A stretch of DNA of 64,000 nt, taken from IMG/VR virus record IMGVR_UViG_3300023174_000124, positions 1 through 64,000 of that record; one strand, given 5' to 3'. This document shows, piece by piece, positions 8,822 to 19,103 of this stretch (within the stretch, counting starts at the first letter, position 1; each line of letters starts with the position of its first letter). Position numbers and translations under genes: made by a program. This DNA is from a virus. The notes under the pieces are model-generated. The model was not told the DNA's origin, did no database searches, and worked only from the letters and a program-made list of their open reading frames with translations.

Positions 8822-9016
8822 TTAAGCCTTAGGTTCTTCTTTCTTAACAGAATTAAGAACCTCTACTCTCAATTCTTTAGCTAACTTAATAGATTCGAGA
8901 AGAGCTTTACGAACGCGTGTAGAAGAAATCTTAACACCGTTATCTACTTTTGTTGCTTCAGGTGCTACTGAAGCTAAGAGATTTTGAATCTCAGCGAGTT
9001 TTTGACTAATTGTCAT
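8822..9016 (-). CDS. histone H1-like protein (Hc1 family N-terminal domain)
   Basis: KVDNGVKISSTRVRKALLESIKLAKELRVEV resembles the Hc1 pattern K..GNKAA.TR.RK...E..K..K..R. ATG at 9016 after GGAG. Confidence 0.7.
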   Translation of the reverse strand: MTISQKLAEIQNLLASVAPEATKVDNGVKISSTRVRKALLESIKLAKELRVEVLNSVKKEEPKA

Positions 9017-9458
9017 TTTGATCTCCATTTTTATTTGGTTTGTTGGTATCATCTATACCTATTGGTATATTACCACTATTTTTTATGTTTTCAAGAAAAT
9101 CTAGTATCTTTTTTTTATTTCTACCTAGACATATTACCTCTTGTAACACTTCTAAGCCATATTTAGATGCTTCTTTTCTTAACTCTTTTACTGATGGATA
9201 ATTTGTTTGAGATTCGTCATATATCCAAATCTCACCTTTATCGTCCATATAAACATCTTCCCACCCTTTAGCTATACCCCGAGCAAATAATATAGTTAAC
9301 CCATATTTCTTTATCCACTCCTGACACTCACTTATACAAGTTATATCTTTCTTATATAACTTGATTAAAAGATCAGGTGGTATAATCCCTTCAGGTTGAA
9401 TTTTCTTACATAGAATGGAATTTCCTCCATTCCTCTCTTTCTTCTTCATGTCCATCAC
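9006..9458 (-). CDS. hypothetical protein (start uncertain)
   Basis: 150-aa ORF overlapping both neighbours; the C-terminal PSVKELRKEASKYGL region looks protein-like. Confidence 0.55.
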   Translation of the reverse strand: MMDMKKKERNGGNSILCKKIQPEGIIPPDLLIKLYKKDITCISECQEWIKKYGLTILFARGIAKGWEDVYMDDKGEIWIYDESQTNYPSVKELRKEASKYGLEVLQEVICLGRNKKKILDFLENIKNSGNIPIGIDDTNKPNKNGDQNDN

Positions 9459-9891
9459 TCCATCCTAAAAAGATATATTTACTCTTATCTTCAAATTTAT
9501 CCAATTCTTTAGGGTGTGAAATAATCATCTTCTTTACAGATGCTTCTGCCCTATAAGACTTTCTTTCTTTTTCAGGCATTATAACAATAATATTCCTTGA
9601 AGTATATTCATGTGCCATTTGTCCTGTTTTTACAGATAAAGTTTTTCCTATCTTCTGATTTGCATGGAGTTGATTGAAAAACTCTCTCCATTCGTCTCTT
9701 TCATTTTCTGTTGCATATTCCCACTTTAAAAAAATATACTTATTCGTATCTAAGAAAGTACTTAGATCAGATACTTCAGAGGGACTAGAGATAATATGTT
9801 CTAGTACTAAGTTTTCAGCCTTATACTTTTTTCTCTCTTTTAAAGGCATAACAATAGTCATGCCTTTTTTTGCATATTCATATAATTCCAT
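9406..9891 (-). CDS. hypothetical protein with two tandem ~70-aa repeats
   Basis: MPLKERKKYKAE...KYIFLKW...ERDEWREF versus MPEKERKSYRAE...KYIFLGW...EREEWRKF. Confidence 0.8.
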   Translation of the reverse strand: MELYEYAKKGMTIVMPLKERKKYKAENLVLEHIISSPSEVSDLSTFLDTNKYIFLKWEYATENERDEWREFFNQLHANQKIGKTLSVKTGQMAHEYTSRNIIVIMPEKERKSYRAEASVKKMIISHPKELDKFEDKSKYIFLGWSDGHEEEREEWRKFHSM

Positions 9892-9906
9892 TTTATATGT
9901 CCTTTC

Positions 9907-10416
9907 TTAAGACATCTTAAATGTACCTCCTACTTTTAAAGTCTTTGGAGGTACTGCCCAGGGATCAGTATTCTTTACAGATGTTGTTGTAGTTTTCTCT
10001 ACAGGTATACTCTCATCTATAAATTCTACTATGTTCGTATTATAAGCACTAAACTCATCTTTGACAATAGGAACTTCAACTTTTTTTTCATCTTTTTGAA
10101 AGAAAGAAGGTTGTGTTATAATAGGTTTAGGTTCTTCTATTGACACAGGACCCCATACTTCTATCTTACCCTCCCTATATACATCAAAATCAGTTAAGAA
10201 AGAATATTTAGATGCTTCTTCTTGCTTAATTGTAGGGGTATGAAAAAATCTCTCTACTTGTGTCCCTATTCTCTCATCCCATGAAGAAAACCCCCAACCT
10301 GCTCTTTCACATGAGGTATTCTTACAATAATTACAAAATTGACTCATAAAGTCTTTTTCAGGTATTCTCTTATCATTACACTCTAAAAATAAATCTTTTA
10401 ACTTCTTCATAGTCAT
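9907..10416 (-). CDS. hypothetical protein with Cys motif
   Basis: FCNYCKNTSC; AAGGAG RBS. Confidence 0.8.
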   Translation of the reverse strand: MTMKKLKDLFLECNDKRIPEKDFMSQFCNYCKNTSCERAGWGFSSWDERIGTQVERFFHTPTIKQEEASKYSFLTDFDVYREGKIEVWGPVSIEEPKPIITQPSFFQKDEKKVEVPIVKDEFSAYNTNIVEFIDESIPVEKTTTTSVKNTDPWAVPPKTLKVGGTFKMS

Positions 10417-10449
10417 TGTCTCCTTTATGACTATGACTATATATATTTA

Positions 10450-13017
10450 TTATAACTTAATCAATGATGTAATATCTCTATTCTCAAATACCACTTTCAC
10501 TTTCTTCTCTCTATGTTCTTTTAACCATTCCACTAAGTTTTTAGCACTCTCATCAGATAACTCTTTCACCTCATATTCCACATCAGCTTTTACTTCTTCT
10601 ACTAACTTAACTACACCTGGATCTTTAATCTCTTTATGTTCTTCTTTAAACACACTCACTAAAAACTCATCTTCTCCTTTACCTTCTCTTAATTCTTTAA
10701 GATCATAAGGAACTGACCAATCTTTACCGATTTCAACATCTACTGTTAAAGGTACAATCCAACCCATTTTAGCTATTGCTTTATTTCTTACCATAAGATT
10801 ACATAATAAAGGTATCGCTTCACCGATAATGTCTTTATGGATTTCAAAAACAATTTCATCATGGACGGTTAAGATCATCATTAACTTATCGTCCCATTTT
10901 CTTTCTCTTACAGCATCATAAATTAAACTCATAGAGATTTTAGTAATATCAGCACTTGTACCTTGAACAGGTGAGTTTACTGACTTTCTTTCATCTTTAC
11001 TCTTTAACTTAAAATCTTTCTTATTGTTAATATCAGGCATAGGCATCCTACGACCAAATGCTGTTGCTATAAACCCATTCTGTCTTGCATATTCTTGACT
11101 CTTCTTCCACCAACCACTTAAACCTTTATATGTAGAGATAAAGGTTTGATATTTATCATCACCTTCTTCAAGAGAACAGCCAATAGCAGTAACAACAGCC
11201 CTACCTGTACCACCATAACATAAAGCAAAGTTAACACCTTTAGCATTACCTCTTAAGGCTTTCCAATCAGGTCTCTTTTTAGCTTCTTCTCCATAGAAAG
11301 CAACAGCAGTAAGAGTATGTAAATCACCTATTTTATCTGACCCACAAATACAAATAGGTGGTGGAGAAGCAATAAATCCTTCATTATCTCTTTCTTTAGG
11401 GTATTTACGATTACAAGAAGAACATCTAAAGAACTCTTCAATCCATAAGGGTTCTTGAGAGAGATTAGTAATAAGTCTTAATTCCACCCCTGCATAGTCT
11501 ATAGCTACAAGATAATTATCAGGGTTTCTTACTGAGATACATTCTCTAGTTCTATAAGAGATTTCAGGTCTTTTAGGATCATAGCCTGAGGGTATCCCTT
11601 GAAATGGGACACGACAACCACCATCTTTAACTTTTTGTGGGTCAGAAGTAGTACCACAAGAGAAACGACCTGTATCAGCACCGAATTGATTAAATTTAGC
11701 TTTAAGAGTGCCATCAGGACCGACATCTTCAAGCATGGGGATAAGATATTGACCGAGAGCTTTAGCGAGTTCTCTAAATCGTTTAATCTTTTTCATGAAG
11801 GGGAAGGATTCTTCTGCTTTTTCAATAACTTCATCAAGAACATCAGCACCTGTAGCTACTTGTCCACTATCAGTAGTTTGTAAATTAGGTATTTTCAATT
11901 CTCTGAATAAGAGACCTAATTGTTGAGGAGAGAAGATATCATAGGTTTCAGGAAATTCTATTTCTTCAGTTCCTTTACCATCAAGTTTAGGGACAACAGA
12001 TTTATAGGTTAATTCTGTACCTGTGTCATAATTACGATCAGCTTCAAGTCTAGCTTGTTCTAAAACTTCTTTATAAGGTGTAGTGCTATCTGTATCGAAT
12101 TTATTAATGCCTTTAATTTTACCTGTCATGATTTTAATAGAGTTAGGCATAATATCTCTACCGATGATGGTTTTAGCACCTTCATATACTTCAATAACAG
12201 ATTCCATCCATTCTTTTTGTCCTTTTTTGATAAAAGATAGTGTCTTTTCTCTATCGACAAAGATTCTATTTCTGTGCATCCACCTAACAGAAGTATTACA
12301 TTTTTTTTCAATAGTGTAAAGACTGAGCATTTCTTTAGGGAACTCTTTAGCAATATCATGATAGAGTTTAAGAGTACAGAGAGCATCAGATGCTGCATAC
12401 CATACACTAGCATCCCAACTTGGGTCTAAAGTAGAATAGTCTTTAACTTTACTATCGGGAATAAGTTCATCAAGTTCGATCATTTCATAATCTAAACGAG
12501 TTTTAGATTGATGTTTTAACCCACGACCCCCCTTATCTCTAGGGTTCATAAGGGCGACCATAATAAAGTTATCTTCCCATAGTCTAGGTTTATCGAATCG
12601 TTTTTCACCCATACGAGCATCACTAGAATAAACAAGAAATTCTTGGTCAAAAGCAGCATTATGAAAGACAGGAATAGCAGTAGCAGATTCGTCAAGTAAT
12701 CTACCAAATTCTCTTTCAATAATAGACCAACCTACATTATGTTCTTCCCCTTTGGAGTGTCGGATAGGGAAGTAGTATGCTTTTTTATCATTAGGGGCGA
12801 TAGAGATACCGACAATTTGGTCTCTAGTTCTACCATTAAAGACACGATTATCAAGACCTGTAGTTTCTAAGTCTATACCATAATGGGAGGAAGCAAGACA
12901 TTCATCAATAGCTTGTTTAATATTATCTTTAGTGCCGAGAATAAGATCGACTTTAAGCATCCAGGGTTTAGGTCTAATATCAGGTCTTTGTAGGGATTCA
13001 AAAAAATCACCGATCAT
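10450..13017 (-). CDS. polA: DNA polymerase family A (3'-5' exonuclease plus polymerase)
   Basis: Exo motifs DLETTGL, HNAAFD, YAASDA. Motif A DYAGVELR, motif B RGNAKGVNFALCYG, NSPVQGTSAD, motif C VHDE. Confidence 0.97.
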   Translation of the reverse strand: MIGDFFESLQRPDIRPKPWMLKVDLILGTKDNIKQAIDECLASSHYGIDLETTGLDNRVFNGRTRDQIVGISIAPNDKKAYYFPIRHSKGEEHNVGWSIIEREFGRLLDESATAIPVFHNAAFDQEFLVYSSDARMGEKRFDKPRLWEDNFIMVALMNPRDKGGRGLKHQSKTRLDYEMIELDELIPDSKVKDYSTLDPSWDASVWYAASDALCTLKLYHDIAKEFPKEMLSLYTIEKKCNTSVRWMHRNRIFVDREKTLSFIKKGQKEWMESVIEVYEGAKTIIGRDIMPNSIKIMTGKIKGINKFDTDSTTPYKEVLEQARLEADRNYDTGTELTYKSVVPKLDGKGTEEIEFPETYDIFSPQQLGLLFRELKIPNLQTTDSGQVATGADVLDEVIEKAEESFPFMKKIKRFRELAKALGQYLIPMLEDVGPDGTLKAKFNQFGADTGRFSCGTTSDPQKVKDGGCRVPFQGIPSGYDPKRPEISYRTRECISVRNPDNYLVAIDYAGVELRLITNLSQEPLWIEEFFRCSSCNRKYPKERDNEGFIASPPPICICGSDKIGDLHTLTAVAFYGEEAKKRPDWKALRGNAKGVNFALCYGGTGRAVVTAIGCSLEEGDDKYQTFISTYKGLSGWWKKSQEYARQNGFIATAFGRRMPMPDINNKKDFKLKSKDERKSVNSPVQGTSADITKISMSLIYDAVRERKWDDKLMMILTVHDEIVFEIHKDIIGEAIPLLCNLMVRNKAIAKMGWIVPLTVDVEIGKDWSVPYDLKELREGKGEDEFLVSVFKEEHKEIKDPGVVKLVEEVKADVEYEVKELSDESAKNLVEWLKEHREKKVKVVFENRDITSLIKL

Positions 13018-13056
13018 ATAATATCCTTTGTTAGAGAAAATCTAACTAATATTATA

Positions 13057-13716
13057 TTAATCTTCTTCATCTAACATACGAATACCTTCAAGTTTATAGG
13101 TAATCATAATGGGGATAGCGACTTTAAGGCGATTAGCTTCAAAAGTAACGGCTTGTTTAACGATTTTAGCTGATTTAGTTTCTTGACTAGTGATACGGAT
13201 CATATTTTCTTTAGCTAAGTTTAAACCGTCTTCAAATGCTTCTTCCATAAAGGTTTGAGATTTAGCTCTATCGAAATAAGTGATTTCTTTTTGAATAGCT
13301 ACACTTAAAGTATCTTTACCTTCTTCATCTTGTAAATCTATAAGTAGAGTATTATATATTTCTCTTTCATTACCATAGGATAATAATAGCATAGTAAGGT
13401 GAGAAGCGAGGTCATCGTATTCAATAACACCTGTGAAAAGGATATTACCACCTACGATACCATCAATAGAATCATAGGGTCTGAAGTAGGATTCATCGGA
13501 GAGTTTAATTTTACCTTTAGTTTTTTCTAGAACATCAGTATTCATAGAGGTATAAATAGGTGCAGAACCTAGAATGGCATCGGTGATACCATAAGATATA
13601 ATATCGGCAACAATAGTGTGTTTATCAGAAGCGATTTTAGTAAATAAGTGAGGAAAGGCTAATTTAGCTACAGAAGTAGTGCTACCGAGACGAATAAATT
13701 TTTTGTTATATAACAT
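13057..13716 (-). CDS. hypothetical protein (N-terminal KIAS-type tag)
   Basis: 219-aa ORF; AAGGAG RBS inside a hairpin. Confidence 0.8.
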   Translation of the reverse strand: MLYNKKFIRLGSTTSVAKLAFPHLFTKIASDKHTIVADIISYGITDAILGSAPIYTSMNTDVLEKTKGKIKLSDESYFRPYDSIDGIVGGNILFTGVIEYDDLASHLTMLLLSYGNEREIYNTLLIDLQDEEGKDTLSVAIQKEITYFDRAKSQTFMEEAFEDGLNLAKENMIRITSQETKSAKIVKQAVTFEANRLKVAIPIMITYKLEGIRMLDEED

Positions 13717-13771
13717 ATAAAGACTCCTTAATTATATAAAGGAGTTTAGTATATATAAATTATAATCTTAA

Positions 13772-16700
13772 TTAGTCGCTAGAGCGAACATAGAAAGTAA
13801 ATTGAATATAGAGTAATGGGAATACAGGTTTATAGTATGCTTCAACAATAATGCTAGTTGGGTCTACAGGATCAGGAGTAACTTTGATACCAGTAAAGGA
13901 ACTAATAATTTGTTCTCTTACAAGTTGTTTAAAGGCATAAGTGATTTGACCTTGTAATTGGATAGCAATACCTGGGAGGTTCTTTTGACCGATATAAGGG
14001 TCGAGTAAATCTCTCATTCTAACTTGAACTTCATCAGCAATTTGGATAACTGTAGGAGTTCTAGTAAGAAGGCTAGACATATTAGTGGTTAAACCATGTC
14101 TAACTTTAATACGACCGACTTGGTTTTCAAGGATGGTGACACCTTTTTGAGCTGCTTGATTAGCTTCAACAGCATCAAGAGTTCTAAGGATACCATTAAA
14201 GCCTGTAATAGGTCTTGATTCCCAGGGGGTAGCAACATCTGAATTAGCATTAACAGAGGTACAAGCCATAGCAACAGCAAGGTATCTACCATCAACGATA
14301 AAGGTATTAGAATTACCTAAAGCATCAGTTAAAGTTAAAGAAGTAATATCGGGGTAAACAACACGAACACGGGCACTGTTAGTTAAAGAAGCGAGACGAC
14401 CTGCTTCTTTAGGTGTAGTACCTGCAGCAAAACCCATAATAGCTGTTCTTTCTGCTCTGTATCTTAAAGAACTTTGTAAATCACAATGTTTAGAAAGTTC
14501 AGCAAGGATAGATTCATTAGCAGGAACTAAAGGTAAAATCACAGAGGGTAATAAACCGATAGTAATTTGACCTTCAACTTCACCTAAAGCTACAAGAATT
14601 TGATCTGTTGTTAAATCACCTTGACCTGGTTCTTTAGCAATTTGCTTACAAGCAATAACAGAAGCACCGTTAATATAAGCTATATATGCTGCAAGAGATA
14701 ATGAATTATCAGAACTTACATCACCATATTCTTCAATAACATCATTAAGGGTTGTAAATACCTTAGTGCCAAAATCACTCTTAGCTTTAGTGAAACTTAC
14801 ATAATAAACTTGACCTACATCAGGTTCTTTACCTGCTTTATCAAAAGTTTCTACATAAGCTGTATTACCAACAGCAATATTAGTGGTATTAGCTACTACA
14901 AGTTCTACACCATTAATAACATTCATAGGAATATTACTATTACAAGTAAAGGTAGAACTAACTTTCCAAGTGAAATAAGAAGTTGGGTCTATAGGATAAC
15001 TGATATTGCCTTCTTGTGCAAGGATAGTAAATGTTAAACCTGTTACAGCATCTACATAAGTTTGACCTACTACACCGTCTTGACCAATACCATCATTAAA
15101 CTTAGATGTATTAGCAGTACCTGAACCTTTAGGATGGTTAGATGTCACATAGAAACCATTGATACCATCTTCACCGACAGCACCATCTCCGACTACAATC
15201 TTTAAACCATTACCCTTAGTAGTAATAGCATTACCACCTGTAAATTCTAAACTAGAATCAAGTCCTTCACCTAGAGATTCAAATGCTACATACTTTTTAC
15301 CTGTAGAAGAAGTATGAACATAAGCAACAGCACCACTAGCAAAGTAATTAGCACTTGGAGATACACCAAATAACAAATCACTTAAAGTAGCTGATTGATG
15401 GTTCATCAAAGCACTAACAATTTGAGAAGCAGAAACTGATTTAGAAGTAGAGGTAGTATTTCTAGCTGTTCCAAGAATATCATTAGCACTACCATTAAGG
15501 ACTTTTAAGTAGCTACCTACAACAGCATTATTTAATACAATTCTAATACCAGCACCTTCAATATTAATAGAAGCATCAACACCAGCATCAATAAATGCTG
15601 AGTCGATTTGGCTTTGGATAGTAGAAACAGAAGTTAGAGTACCTGCACCTGTAGTACCAAAGGTAGTAACAACAGTAGTACCACTAACATCAATAATAAA
15701 TACATTGTTAGCAGAAGAGATACTTGGTGTAGTACCATCATAGAAAGTAACAGCAGCTTGAGATTCACCAACTTCTTGACCTTCAGACCAACCGATAGTT
15801 AATTTGATACTTGGAGCTTCAAGAACAGCACCTTGATAAAGAGCAGGACTGAAACTTGGTTCAAGACCTAGATTAGTCATAGAAGTACCACTAATAACAC
15901 GAACACCGATTTCACCTGTGGGTAAATAATAACTATTACCTGGGATTAATCTGTTTCTTAGGATTAAGTGATCTACTAAAGCACCTGAATTAAGAGTAGC
16001 TCGGCTATAAGAAGCGATAGGTAAGAAACCGAATTTAGTTTGAGTTTCATCAGGAGCATCAGCATCAATACCTGCAATAATAGCGAAATCATCAGTATCT
16101 ACAGCTTGACTAATAAATTCAATATATCCATAATCATCATCAGTACCACCATCACCAGCATTAGGTAATGTTAAGAGGGTGAATACTAGATGACCTGAAG
16201 TTTCGGAGACATTAAGTTCTAAACCAGTAAAATCAACATTACCACCTACAAAAGAAGCTATTTCGGAATCAATTTCGGACTTAATAGCAGTAGCAAGAGC
16301 AGATGCAGTAGTATATGCTGCAGGAGGAATAGTAATACTAATTTCACCTGTAGCACCATTATTATTACCTACATATTGGAATGATAATGTATCATAGGAA
16401 TTAACAACAATTTGTAATCCACCACTCATTTTAGTCATGGCGATATATTTAGGTGCTGCTAAAGTACCTGTATCTAAAGACCAAGCATTTAAAGCATCTA
16501 CAATGTCAGTTACATCTTTGTTATTGGCAACTGTGAAATTTACATTCATTTCTTGGTTGTCAATCTTTAGATTTAAGCCATTAGTGCCACTTGTAAAATC
16601 TAAAGTAGTATTATTGCTATCATTAGTATAAACAAGGTGTTGACTAACAAGTTGAGCAAGACCACCTGTTGCACCTGTAGCAGTAGTACAATTAGATAAA

Positions 16701-18619
16701 CTTACATTACCTACGAGAGATACATCATCTACTTTTAATGCAATTTCATCACTCTTAGTAGCAATAGGGAAGTAAGGTTCAGCACCTGGAGATACAAATA
16801 AAGCACTATTAGAATCAGATTCAGCGAATGTAACGGTAACAGTTTCATTAACAGGTGTACCACCAATTAAATGAGCATCTGGATATAATTCACTGCCTGA
16901 GGGGAATACTAAATCAATACCATCAAGGGAAGCACCTTTTTGACCTAAGGTAACACCATATTTAGTAGCACCTTTAACAGATACGGTGTATTTACCTACA
17001 TTACTAGCACCTGCTAGAGTGTTTGTAATTACATAAGGGTTATTACCATCAACTGTTTGGTCTGATAAGTTGCTATGATAGAAGGTAGCAAATACTTGTT
17101 GTCCTTCTTCAACAACAGAAGCTAAAGTGATAGTAGAGTCATTAGGATTGACTCTAACAACAGTAGAATTAGACTTCTCTAGGGCATCGGAAATATTCCA
17201 ACCTACTTTAACTTGAACAAGGTCAGTTCTTGAAGTAGGAGTGCCTGTACCTGTACCATCAACGGGTTGGTAGGGTAATTTAAAGGTGCTTGGAAGAGGT
17301 CTAGCTGGAGTAACTGTTGTATCTACAACTCTAGTACATTCAGCAAGATATACTTTTTCATCTTTAAGATTAGCAGTGATTTGGCTTTGACCGAGAGGTA
17401 AAGTACCATCAGCAGTAACACCTTCAGAAACAACAGCTACAGTACCCCAATAAATTTTATCATCTTTGAGAACCCAGTCTACACCTTCGATGAAGTTAGA
17501 AGAAGCACCACCTGAGCCATCAGCAACAAGAGAGACACTTTCTACACTTGTAATGTTAGAACCTGGTAAGTAATCAAATTGGTTTCTAAAGCTATTATAA
17601 TAGTAAGTAACTAAAACTTCAGCACCTGAAGCAGGTGGGTTAGATAGGGTGAAGAACCCATTAACACCATCAACAGCAGTAGGGACAACTTCAGTACCAT
17701 CTACAGTAACAGTAATATCAGTGACATCGGTAGTAGGAATACCACCATTAGAACCGTCAACGATGGGGAAGAAGTTAGTATAGAAATTTACATTACGGCT
17801 AGTAGTTTGATCAACAGTAAAACCAAGAACAGAATTAGCACTTCCATTCCCAATTTTAATAGAAACATCAGCAGTAAGGATGATTTGGTCTTCATTGTTA
17901 TTATCAGTATATGTATCAGCTACGAGAGAACCCGCACTACCTGCATTAATAAGAGCAACCATAGTTGCAAGATCATCTGCTCTAGTAGTGGTAACAGTAG
18001 GTGTGGAGATAGTATATTTAGTACCATCTACGGTGACAATAAAGCTGGTGGTAGAATTATTAAATGCAAAAGTACCTTGAGCACCAAGTAATTCAGCACT
18101 ATCAGTAGTAACTTGACTAGAAACATCTTCTTCTTCAACTAGGGTGTCAGTTCTTTTGAAATAATAGCTAACAAGAACGACATCAGTAGGTTGAAGAGTT
18201 TGAGCTAGTGTAATAACCCCTTTAGAAGCATTAACCCCAAGAACAACAGTAACAGTTCCATTAACGGTAGCAAGAATACTATTACCATTAGTAGCAGGTG
18301 TACCTGTACCTGTGCCATCAACAATGGGGAAATGTTGTACTTGGACTTGGGTGGTATTACCATCAAAGTCGCCAATAATAGGATTACCATTAGGGTCGTA
18401 GCTTAAAACACCACGACCTGACATATTTTCATCAACAGATTGTTGATCTATAGTAGAAGAAGAACCTCTAACTATAGTAGAAGAAATAGTATTAACCACT
18501 TCTTTACCTGTACCGATAAGTAGAGGAACTCTACCTGAAACAACAGTAGTAGGATTAGTGGTTTGAAATATACTTTCTGTATAAACACCTGGTGGTGCAT
18601 AACCGCCTCTAATAGCCAT
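13772..18619 (-). CDS. contractile tail sheath protein with large insertions
   Basis: N-terminal YAPPGVYTES; C-terminal sheath domain ARVRVVYP...VRHGLTT...EAYYKPVFPLLYIQFTF. Confidence 0.92.
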   Translation of the reverse strand: MAIRGGYAPPGVYTESIFQTTNPTTVVSGRVPLLIGTGKEVVNTISSTIVRGSSSTIDQQSVDENMSGRGVLSYDPNGNPIIGDFDGNTTQVQVQHFPIVDGTGTGTPATNGNSILATVNGTVTVVLGVNASKGVITLAQTLQPTDVVLVSYYFKRTDTLVEEEDVSSQVTTDSAELLGAQGTFAFNNSTTSFIVTVDGTKYTISTPTVTTTRADDLATMVALINAGSAGSLVADTYTDNNNEDQIILTADVSIKIGNGSANSVLGFTVDQTTSRNVNFYTNFFPIVDGSNGGIPTTDVTDITVTVDGTEVVPTAVDGVNGFFTLSNPPASGAEVLVTYYYNSFRNQFDYLPGSNITSVESVSLVADGSGGASSNFIEGVDWVLKDDKIYWGTVAVVSEGVTADGTLPLGQSQITANLKDEKVYLAECTRVVDTTVTPARPLPSTFKLPYQPVDGTGTGTPTSRTDLVQVKVGWNISDALEKSNSTVVRVNPNDSTITLASVVEEGQQVFATFYHSNLSDQTVDGNNPYVITNTLAGASNVGKYTVSVKGATKYGVTLGQKGASLDGIDLVFPSGSELYPDAHLIGGTPVNETVTVTFAESDSNSALFVSPGAEPYFPIATKSDEIALKVDDVSLVGNVSLSNCTTATGATGGLAQLVSQHLVYTNDSNNTTLDFTSGTNGLNLKIDNQEMNVNFTVANNKDVTDIVDALNAWSLDTGTLAAPKYIAMTKMSGGLQIVVNSYDTLSFQYVGNNNGATGEISITIPPAAYTTASALATAIKSEIDSEIASFVGGNVDFTGLELNVSETSGHLVFTLLTLPNAGDGGTDDDYGYIEFISQAVDTDDFAIIAGIDADAPDETQTKFGFLPIASYSRATLNSGALVDHLILRNRLIPGNSYYLPTGEIGVRVISGTSMTNLGLEPSFSPALYQGAVLEAPSIKLTIGWSEGQEVGESQAAVTFYDGTTPSISSANNVFIIDVSGTTVVTTFGTTGAGTLTSVSTIQSQIDSAFIDAGVDASINIEGAGIRIVLNNAVVGSYLKVLNGSANDILGTARNTTSTSKSVSASQIVSALMNHQSATLSDLLFGVSPSANYFASGAVAYVHTSSTGKKYVAFESLGEGLDSSLEFTGGNAITTKGNGLKIVVGDGAVGEDGINGFYVTSNHPKGSGTANTSKFNDGIGQDGVVGQTYVDAVTGLTFTILAQEGNISYPIDPTSYFTWKVSSTFTCNSNIPMNVINGVELVVANTTNIAVGNTAYVETFDKAGKEPDVGQVYYVSFTKAKSDFGTKVFTTLNDVIEEYGDVSSDNSLSLAAYIAYINGASVIACKQIAKEPGQGDLTTDQILVALGEVEGQITIGLLPSVILPLVPANESILAELSKHCDLQSSLRYRAERTAIMGFAAGTTPKEAGRLASLTNSARVRVVYPDITSLTLTDALGNSNTFIVDGRYLAVAMACTSVNANSDVATPWESRPITGFNGILRTLDAVEANQAAQKGVTILENQVGRIKVRHGLTTNMSSLLTRTPTVIQIADEVQVRMRDLLDPYIGQKNLPGIAIQLQGQITYAFKQLVREQIISSFTGIKVTPDPVDPTSIIVEAYYKPVFPLLYIQFTFYVRSSD

Positions 18620-18634
18620 AATATAACTCCTTAA

Positions 18635-19063
18635 TTAAGTAGTTTCTTGTTGAAAATCTATTCCCATATGTGTACGAGCATCGTTTTTAATGGTCTTTAA
18701 ATTAACACTATCTGGTTTACTCATAAAGTATTCACCATCAGGTGCTACTATTAAGTGTCTACCATGTTCGTTAGTTTCATTTATGATGTCTAGTTTATCA
18801 TTTCTTCGTTGAGAAATGAGCTTCCATTTATCAGCTGAGTCTTTAGCTACTACTCTTTCTATATCAGTATCTAAAGATTCAATCCCTGAAGATTGAGGAC
18901 GAACTACACCATCTATGTTAGCATCATAACCAATAGAAACTTTAGCTTCTAAAGAAATCGCTTGATCTTTACAATTCTGACAAGCAGTATCATTTACTCC
19001 AAGATTTACTCTCTTAGAGAAACGAAAACCACAACTATGACATTGAAATTTAACAATAGGCAT
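18635..19063 (-). CDS. FmdB-like zinc-ribbon protein
   Basis: MPIVKFQCHSCG...CQNC. Confidence 0.75.
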   Translation of the reverse strand: MPIVKFQCHSCGFRFSKRVNLGVNDTACQNCKDQAISLEAKVSIGYDANIDGVVRPQSSGIESLDTDIERVVAKDSADKWKLISQRRNDKLDIINETNEHGRHLIVAPDGEYFMSKPDSVNLKTIKNDARTHMGIDFQQETT

Positions 19064-19103
19064 TTAAGACTCCTTATTTACTTATATAGTGTAAATAAAT
19101 AAA

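Noticed and set aside
10450-13017. Intein or intron in polA
   Set aside because: The ORF is continuous and its insertions lack intein splice motifs or endonuclease signatures.
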